From positions 1,344,001-1,408,000 of the forward strand of contig OZ244561.1 of NCBI GenBank assembly GCA_965217585.1: a stretch of 64,000 nt of DNA, read 5' to 3'. The notes under the pieces are model-generated. The model was not told the origin of the DNA, searched no databases, and saw only the letters and a list, made by a program, of their open reading frames with translations. Below, piece after piece: positions 57,574-64,000 of the stretch. This DNA is from Candidatus Latescibacterota bacterium. Its GTDB lineage: Bacteria; Latescibacterota; UBA2968; UBA8231. Numbering within the stretch: the stretch's first letter is position 1; each line of letters opens with the position of its first letter. A program made the translations under genes and the position numbers.

Positions 57574-59120
57574 ACAAATCCGACCAGCGGATTCGCAAGT
57601 TCAATCCGGGGACGTTCCAATCCGACGCTGAAGTGATAGAGCAGTTCGTGGTCAGGAAACACGAACTCGACATCGTGCTTGAGGTCCTCCGTGGGAACAT
57701 GGACTCACCATCGTGCCAGCACGTTCTAGTCGCCGCGCCTCGCGGTCGGGGAAAGACCATGTTGCTAACCCGCGTCGCGGCGGAGGTGAATACCGACGAC
57801 GAACTCTCCGAGTGTCTTTTGCCGGTCCGGTTTATGGAAGAGAGTCACGAGATATTTAATCTCGCCGACTTCTGGCTCGACACCTTGTTCTACCTTGCAC
57901 GAGAGAGCGCCAAGCACGATCCCGTACTCGCTGAGGAGTTGCGAGAGACGCACGCCGACCTGACCAATCGCTGGCACGAGGAAACGCTCGCGGATCGCGT
58001 CCGTGCCGCTGTCCTAGAGGCGGCGGACCGACTAGGCAAAAAACTCGTCCTCATGGTCGAGACCCTACAGGCGCTCTGCAGAAACGTGGACAAAGATTTC
58101 GGCTGGGAGCTGCGCGGCGTGCTGCAATCAGAACCCCAGATCATGCTACTTGCCACCGCCACTAGTCGCTTCGAGGGTCTGGACGACGCGGAGCAGCCGT
58201 TCTTCGAGCTATTTCGAATAGTCTCTTTGGAGCCGCTAGCCACCGAAGAATGCCGTCGTCTGTGGCAGGTCGTCAGCGGCGACGCGGTAAGCGAGCGCGA
58301 GATTAGGCCACTCGAAATCCTGACCGGCGGCAGCCCCCGCCTCTTAGTCATCGTCGCCGGTTTCGCGCAGCACCGTTCCTTGCACCAGTTGATGGAAGAA
58401 CTAGTGGAGTTAATTGACGAGCACACTGAGTACTTCCGTGGTCACTTAGAGGTATTGGCTAAGGGTGAACGCCGCGTGTATATCTCGGTGATTGACCTTT
58501 GGCGACCGTCGAGTACGGGCGAGATCGCGGCGCGGGCACGCATGGATGTCCGATCCGTATCGACCCTGCTCGGGCGGCTCGTCGAACGGGGTGCTGTCAT
58601 CGCGGAAGGGAGTGGCAAGAAGCGGCGGTACGCTGCAGCGGAACGTCTCTACAGCATCTACTACAAGCTGCGACGCGAGCGCGATGAGGCGGCTGTTGTA
58701 GAAAACCTGATCCGCTTCATGGTGACGTTTTACGGGAGGGGCGAATTGTACCAGATGTCTGAGCGGCTGACTTCGGAGGAGGCGGAGTCGAAGGTCATTC
58801 GCGAGGGAATAGAATATCCGGCCACCATGGAGGCGTTCCGCTCCGCGTATGCTGCGTTCCTACCTAACGACGAAATTACGGTGCACGAGATACTACGGCT
58901 TGTGCCTAACTTGATCGCAACCGGTGCGTCGGCGCATGAACTTGTCGATATCCTGTTGAGCGACAGGGACAAATCCGGCACGTTAGTACCCCTCATCGTT
59001 GCCCTGCGCCAGCATACCGGCGAGGAGGTTCGTGCGCCTGTGGAAATCCTTGAGGTCGCGGCGGATATTCGCGAACGCATCGAGGCAAGAGCGGCGAAAG
59101 GTGCTCCCGGGACTTCCTGA
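57570..59120 (+). CDS. STAND-like ATPase with winged-helix domain
   Basis: APRGRGKT Walker A, VLMVE Walker B, TGGSPR, wHTH (TGEIAARARMD...LVERG). Confidence 0.8.
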   Translation: MNKSDQRIRKFNPGTFQSDAEVIEQFVVRKHELDIVLEVLRGNMDSPSCQHVLVAAPRGRGKTMLLTRVAAEVNTDDELSECLLPVRFMEESHEIFNLADFWLDTLFYLARESAKHDPVLAEELRETHADLTNRWHEETLADRVRAAVLEAADRLGKKLVLMVETLQALCRNVDKDFGWELRGVLQSEPQIMLLATATSRFEGLDDAEQPFFELFRIVSLEPLATEECRRLWQVVSGDAVSEREIRPLEILTGGSPRLLVIVAGFAQHRSLHQLMEELVELIDEHTEYFRGHLEVLAKGERRVYISVIDLWRPSSTGEIAARARMDVRSVSTLLGRLVERGAVIAEGSGKKRRYAAAERLYSIYYKLRRERDEAAVVENLIRFMVTFYGRGELYQMSERLTSEEAESKVIREGIEYPATMEAFRSAYAAFLPNDEITVHEILRLVPNLIATGASAHELVDILLSDRDKSGTLVPLIVALRQHTGEEVRAPVEILEVAADIRERIEARAAKGAPGTS

Positions 59121-59315
59121 CCACCGTAGCCGGACGGCCCCGTTGGGATTCAGCCAAACAGATTTGATCGGAGAGAACGATGGCGGCGTGAATCTTTTGC
59201 TCTATCACAGAGGATTTACGTTTGGCTCAGATAGTATATAATTATTTGAAAACTCCTAATTTAGGGGGTTTTGAGTCTTTCTTAAGTTCACTTGGGTGCT
59301 AGGAGACAATCCGGC

Positions 59316-59953
59316 ATGAGCAGTGTTTTCATTTATTAGGACAACTCCAACACCTTCCACGAGGCACAACGGCTGGCGGAGGAACGACGCGAAGGTGCCA
59401 ATGCCCGTTACCGCGTGCGCGTCAACTTTGACAATATACTGCGCCTAGCGCACGCCTAGCGCACGCCTAGCGCACGCTGAAGAAGGCACTTGCCACCGGC
59501 TCCGTGCCGCCAGAAATGCGCCAGTTGTGGAATCGAATGGAAAACAAGGGGGTGGAAGTTCAACTGTTTGACCGAGGCAGCTCCGGGCGCGGCGAACAGG
59601 AAATGCCCGACCGAGTATTGCAGTTGCGTATGCTGGAAGATGCGCTGGATTACAACGGCAATCCCGGCATCGTGGTGTTGCTGACCGGCGACGGTGCTGG
59701 CTATCTCGAAGGCGCGAGTTTTCACAGTACTTTGGAGCGCATGCACAAGCGCGGGTGGCGGGTGGAAATCCTGTCATGGGCGCATTCTTGCAACCAGCGG
59801 ATGCGCAAATGGGCGCAAGAAAACGGCATATTTGTCGCGTTAGACGACTTCTACGAGGCCATTACGTTCATGGAACCGTCTAGGCCGGGAGCGGAGCTTG
59901 CGTCCGCACGCGATTCCGCGGAACTGGACCTGTCGCAGAGGCCGACGGCCTGA
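59316..59953 (+). pseudogene. NYN (LabA/DUF88) PIN-fold RNase, disrupted
   Basis: MSSVFIY*DNSN, frameshift at an 11-bp triplication, then EQEMPD, VLLTGDG, GWRVEILSW, FVALDD. Confidence 0.8.
59442..59477 (+). repeat. Tandem repeat (CGCCTAGCGCA)x3
   Basis: Three perfect 11-bp units plus CGC. Confidence 0.95.
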
Positions 59954-59958
59954 TTGCT

Positions 59959-60858
59959 ATGTCTGACCTATACCCAATCGTTGAGATAAAGCGAGAATCG
60001 GTCAGAGAGTCCGAGGATATGGGGAGCAAAGATAAGTTCTGGTATCTCCATCCGAAGGCGGAAGAAGGATATTGGCTCTTCAAATACCCCCGCTTTAACA
60101 CAGGGGAACACTGGGCGGAGAAGATTGCAGCCGAGATTGCGGACCTACTGGGAATTTCACATGCGAGGGTGGAATTGGCGATATTTGAAGAAAATAAAGG
60201 ATCCGTGACGAAATTGTTTGTCCAAGAGGGTCAGGAATTGGTCCACGGCAATCAGATGTTGAAGAGGGCTGTTCATGGCTACGATCCCGAGAAAGAATTT
60301 CGTCAATCGAGCCATGCCTTAGCGAATATCTGGCAGGTAATGGACAGTGTTTTTGGAGAGCCTGAACACGCAGAAAAGGCGAAGGGCCGCCTTGCAGAGT
60401 ACGTAGTCCTAGACGCGTTGATTGGTAACACGGATCGCCATCACGAGAACTGGGGCATACTACGATGGGAGCGAAGAGGGTACCGCCGGGTAGATTTGTT
60501 CGTAGCACCGTCGTTCGACCACGCCTCATCGTTAGGTCGGGAGCTTCAGGATACGCGACGCGACAGGATACTGGTAGAAGATCGCATAGGCGACTATGTT
60601 GCAAAAGGACGCGGCGCGATTTACTGGTCGGAGGACGATCAGCGCGGCCCTAGCCCACTGGAGTTGGTACGGCGGGCTACTCGCAAATATCCAAAACTTT
60701 TCTTTCCGGCGCTGACGAAACTCGAAAAATTGGACGAAGGCTCTGTGGATGACCTCGTAAACCGCGTACCCAGTGACTGGATGTCCCCTTCAGCTAGAAA
60801 ATTCGCGATTGCGCTGATGCACTATAATTTTGAACAATTGCAGGAGCTGCTCCGATGA
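59959..60858 (+). CDS. HipA-like (HipT/CtkA-type) Ser/Thr kinase
   Basis: GSKDKFW, LFKYP, WAEKIA, IGNTDRHHENW, APSFDH. Confidence 0.85.
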   Translation: MSDLYPIVEIKRESVRESEDMGSKDKFWYLHPKAEEGYWLFKYPRFNTGEHWAEKIAAEIADLLGISHARVELAIFEENKGSVTKLFVQEGQELVHGNQMLKRAVHGYDPEKEFRQSSHALANIWQVMDSVFGEPEHAEKAKGRLAEYVVLDALIGNTDRHHENWGILRWERRGYRRVDLFVAPSFDHASSLGRELQDTRRDRILVEDRIGDYVAKGRGAIYWSEDDQRGPSPLELVRRATRKYPKLFFPALTKLEKLDEGSVDDLVNRVPSDWMSPSARKFAIALMHYNFEQLQELLR

Positions 60859-61589
60859 GCACGAGAACTTTATTTCTAGCTTGGCAGGACAAAAAGCCCA
60901 GCAAGGCATGGTTTCCGGTGGGTCGGCTGGATGCTGATGTCGAACGTTCCTTCTATCGCTTTCGCTACATTGGCGGCGCAAAGCGAGCACAAGAGGAGGT
61001 GGGGTTTCCTCTGTTGATCGAGTTTCCCGATTTGAACGGAGATTATCAGTCCTCGGAACTGTTTCCGCTATTCCAAAACCGGGTTATGAATCGGGCAAGG
61101 CCGGACTTTACCGACTACCTTCACAGCCTTGATCTAACCGAGGAAGCTGACCCCATTGAGATTTTGTCCACCAATGGAGGCTACCGCGTAACGGACTCTT
61201 ACGAGGTTTTTCCAAAGATCGAGAAAGACGACACCGGGAGCTTCTCTTGTCGGTTCTTCCTGCGCGGCTGGCGACATATCGATAAAGCGGCTAAAGGTCG
61301 AATTGACCGCTTAGAGCAGGAAGAAGAACTGTATGTCACACTGGAATTGACCAATCCTGTGACCGAGTTGACCGTACAAATTCAGACGACGGACTACTGT
61401 ATGATCGGATGGGCACCGCGTTACTTGGTGGAAGCTTTGGTTGCAGCGATGGCCGAAGGGCTTGGTAGATACGAGGCGAAAGTGGTGCGGATTAACCGTC
61501 CGAAGCAGCGTGTATTGATTGAAATGCGTGGCTGCTGGAGTAAGCACGAACCAATGAGCAGCGAGGATTTTAAGCCCTTGGTCCCTTGA
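60855..61589 (+). CDS. HipS-like N-domain + HIRAN domain protein
   Basis: LAWQ..PVGRL..YRFRY, LFPLFQNRV..RPD; FFLRGWRH, ELTNP, IGWAPRY; ATGA overlap with the kinase. Confidence 0.75.
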   Translation: MSTRTLFLAWQDKKPSKAWFPVGRLDADVERSFYRFRYIGGAKRAQEEVGFPLLIEFPDLNGDYQSSELFPLFQNRVMNRARPDFTDYLHSLDLTEEADPIEILSTNGGYRVTDSYEVFPKIEKDDTGSFSCRFFLRGWRHIDKAAKGRIDRLEQEEELYVTLELTNPVTELTVQIQTTDYCMIGWAPRYLVEALVAAMAEGLGRYEAKVVRINRPKQRVLIEMRGCWSKHEPMSSEDFKPLVP

Positions 61590-61634
61590 TCGTTCAGCGG
61601 AGCTTCCGGCCAATTCTATCCCTCCTATGGCCGT

Positions 61635-62258
61635 TCACGGAGCACTTGCAGCTATCGTTTGTAGAAAATCGCGGACCGTGCTGAAGACGCTATGATCCAA
61701 ATCCCAGTAGTCATTCTTTGCTGCCACGCCTACGGAAAAATGAGGATTGGGCTTTGTGGTCAGATAGGCATGGGCACGGGCCTTGTCGGATCTCTCGATG
61801 GACACGCTCGGCAAAGATTTGACACACTTGAAAAAGTCATCTATGCAGTCCTCCACCGGCGTAGCTGCAAAGCTCTCGCAAAGTAGCGTCTCAAGCATCC
61901 CTTGGCGATTATCACCGGGCAGTATCAGCACCGCCACCGCCGGGCTATCACCAGTGCGCTCTGTGGGGCTGTCCGGCACAGGCAGCTTGGCTCTCTCCAA
62001 CGAAGACTGAACACTTTGGAATGCCCTCTCAGCGGATGTCTCTGCATCCCGAACGATGCCGAGACTCTGAACGGTCTGAAACCCGGTCGCGCTCACGAGT
62101 CCCTCTAGGAAATCGCGCAGTTGGCTGACCCCGCCAAAGTCCTGAATCTGGACATTGGTAATCGAGAGATGACTAGTGAATGCCTCAAAGAAATTGCGCT
62201 GATCATTGCCCTCGACGATAAGCTGGATTGCCGATTTGATTTCTTTTGGTTTTGGCAT
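61635..62258 (-). CDS. DUF3226-like TOPRIM-fold protein
   Basis: IVEGND, DFGG, GIVRDAE, GMLETL, KARAHAYL. Confidence 0.75.
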   Translation of the reverse strand: MPKPKEIKSAIQLIVEGNDQRNFFEAFTSHLSITNVQIQDFGGVSQLRDFLEGLVSATGFQTVQSLGIVRDAETSAERAFQSVQSSLERAKLPVPDSPTERTGDSPAVAVLILPGDNRQGMLETLLCESFAATPVEDCIDDFFKCVKSLPSVSIERSDKARAHAYLTTKPNPHFSVGVAAKNDYWDLDHSVFSTVRDFLQTIAASAP

Positions 62259-62260
62259 AC

Positions 62261-63322
62261 CTAGCGAACCTCAAGCCCGTGCCGAATCGCGGCACTGATT
62301 CCATTTGGCTTAAAGGTAACACAGCGATTTTCCGCGTCGCTGGCTTCGAGCCGGTGTAGGAGAAAGCCGTCAGGGCCAAGGGCTTGATGCGCCGCTTCTA
62401 TACATTCAAAACTATGCGTGGTCGCAAATATCTGTGTGTGGAACTGTTTGGCCGCTTCATCAATAGCTCGCCAGACATCGGGCAGTACCGAGTGGTGAAT
62501 GCCGTTTTCAACCTCATCTATCAGCACGATACCATCCGGCATGGAAGCTATGGCCAAAACGAGCCGGGCGATTTGGGTCATGCCTTCGCCCATTGCTGAC
62601 AGTGGCACCAGTTCGGACAACCCAATATCCCCCCAGATCATAGGTGTGCCGCTGGAGGAATTTTCCTCAATGCTTTGCAATCTCGGCTCGACAATCTGTA
62701 GCGCTTTTAATAGTAGAGATCCCTGTTTCTTCCTTCTCAATTGTCCCAGCCTTACGGCATCTCTGCGGATATTCCTAGTGCGAGACAAGAGAATTATCGC
62801 ACCAAGCGAGGCACTTGTAGTAGGCTGATTGACTTCAAACTCCTGTCCCTTCACACGTATCTGACTTTCGACGCGTTTCCCCAAAGGATCGCTATACTGA
62901 AATGCGAGTGAGAGTTCGCTGAAATAGTCTGGTACCGAAGTTTCTTCCATAAGATCAAGAGCAGTCTCAGGAGTGGCTTGTCGCTCCGATGTGATTTTCA
63001 AAGCCAATTGACCATGCGACGTATGCTCTCCCTCAATCTCAATGGCCCGTTCCATGTCCAGATCAGAAAAGAGCTGTTTCCACAAGGGCCCAATCATAGC
63101 TGGCGATACTCTATTATCCAGTTCCAAGCCACGAATAATGTTGACATTTTTTGCTAGACGTGCGTCTCCAGCTCCAACCAGCAGAGAAATTGCCTCAAGT
63201 AAACTGGTCTTGCCGGAATTATTCTTGCCGGCAATGAGATTAATGCTGCTCAATTGATCGATTTCAAGCGCGTTGAAGCCGCGAAAATTCCGTATCTGCA
63301 AGCGTTTCAACATGGCTTTCAC
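62261..63322 (-). CDS. AAA_15/AAA_21 ABC-type ATPase
   Basis: IRNFRGF, GKNNSGKT, MGEG, LIDEVENGIH, TTHS. Confidence 0.9.
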   Translation of the reverse strand: MKAMLKRLQIRNFRGFNALEIDQLSSINLIAGKNNSGKTSLLEAISLLVGAGDARLAKNVNIIRGLELDNRVSPAMIGPLWKQLFSDLDMERAIEIEGEHTSHGQLALKITSERQATPETALDLMEETSVPDYFSELSLAFQYSDPLGKRVESQIRVKGQEFEVNQPTTSASLGAIILLSRTRNIRRDAVRLGQLRRKKQGSLLLKALQIVEPRLQSIEENSSSGTPMIWGDIGLSELVPLSAMGEGMTQIARLVLAIASMPDGIVLIDEVENGIHHSVLPDVWRAIDEAAKQFHTQIFATTHSFECIEAAHQALGPDGFLLHRLEASDAENRCVTFKPNGISAAIRHGLEVR

Positions 63323-63418
63323 TCCTCGCTTATATCAGCAATCCTGAATGACTGAACGACTCGAGATGCGGATCGTCTTGTTTCTACCATTCTGCGTCCA
63401 TCTGCGGATCATAAAGTA

Positions 63419-63688
63419 TCACACGGCCTCAAGCGGCGATAAGTCCTCCTCTTTCATAGGAGAAAGATCAAGGCTGCGTAAAACCTCGTTGATCTGAGCC
63501 GCCGTCATCTGCTCTGGTGCTGTGATTTCTAAGCCAATAGGTTGACCTTCAGGGCCAAAATCCACTAATAAACCTGCGGCTCTCGGCTCTGTTCGTACAC
63601 TTCTCACACCCGAGGCACTCGATAAGTATAGGTATGCGGCTAATGGCCTCCCTTTACGGTAGGTAATTTCCAAATAATGTTCTCGCAT
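63419..63688 (-). CDS. DUF2283-like putative antitoxin
   Basis: AAYLYL ... LLVDFGPEGQPIGLEI. Confidence 0.75.
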   Translation of the reverse strand: MREHYLEITYRKGRPLAAYLYLSSASGVRSVRTEPRAAGLLVDFGPEGQPIGLEITAPEQMTAAQINEVLRSLDLSPMKEEDLSPLEAV

Positions 63689-63698
63689 GATTAGCTCC

Positions 63699-63947
63699 TC
63701 AAAGGGGGTAAGCAGTTATAACAACCAATGACCTTTCCAAAAGATCCGGTTCAACAACAACCTCCCAAGCGCGATGACGATGATGCGTTTCAATGATCCA
63801 GCGTCCCTCTATAAAATCAGGGTGATACCCAGTGGCTCGGTCCAGCATAATGCGTAGGTCAATCTCACTAAAATCGCGCTGGAGCATACGCTTTTCCAGA
63901 TGGGACGACAACTCCAACTCCCAATCCCACCACGCAGGCCAGTTCAT
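63699..63947 (-). CDS. DUF4258-like putative toxin
   Basis: SSHLEKRMLQR ... LVVITAYP. Confidence 0.75.
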   Translation of the reverse strand: MNWPAWWDWELELSSHLEKRMLQRDFSEIDLRIMLDRATGYHPDFIEGRWIIETHHRHRAWEVVVEPDLLERSLVVITAYPL

Positions 63948-64000
63948 GGTTGTCTAACTTACAACTGTTTCGGAAGAGCGGTTCAAAGCATAATATCCGG

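Noticed and set aside
24169-59339. In-frame TAG at expected Trp positions in nrfA and NYN, suggesting stop-codon recoding
   Set aside because: TAG terminates many intact genes here (e.g. 5912, 19048, 35169, 57203), and both genes carry additional lesions.

Overview
GC-rich bacterial chromosomal window. The gene content (TPR and CRTAC1/ASPIC proteins, DUF6785-type membrane protein, PhyH-HEAT fusion, four Gfo/Idh/MocA oxidoreductases, sulfatase-like enzyme) resembles Latescibacterota/Gemmatimonadota/Poribacteria-like genomes; this taxonomy is inference. The backbone carries exbB-exbD-exbD, an MFP plus two RND pumps, an ABC exporter with DUF1854, uxuA, hisI-pncA-pncB-aminotransferase-nadE and a hydroxyacid-oxoacid transhydrogenase. 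It is interrupted by conflict-gene patches at about 12-17, 19.3-20.8, 25-27.7, 48 and 57-64 kb. The most striking structure is an integrase-less 5.0-kb island in the 3' end of an oxidoreductase gene, bounded by a 137-bp displaced copy of that gene's tail (7 differences, 6 synonymous). Inside it are a 44-bp inverted-repeat pair, an XRE-DUF4258-EcsC module, a MITE carrying a REP doublet, and an Rpn nuclease with an internal RpnS-like start. A second, more degenerate tail remnant lies behind another oxidoreductase. The right end is a defence-type island: a collapsed ATPase pair behind a palindrome array, NYN-HipA-like kinase-HIRAN, ABC-ATPase with a TOPRIM-like partner, and a TA pair. Several genes (nrfHA, an aminotransferase, an ATPase) survive only as end-joined relics. 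No rRNA, tRNA or CRISPR array was seen. All family assignments are by motif recognition, not database search.
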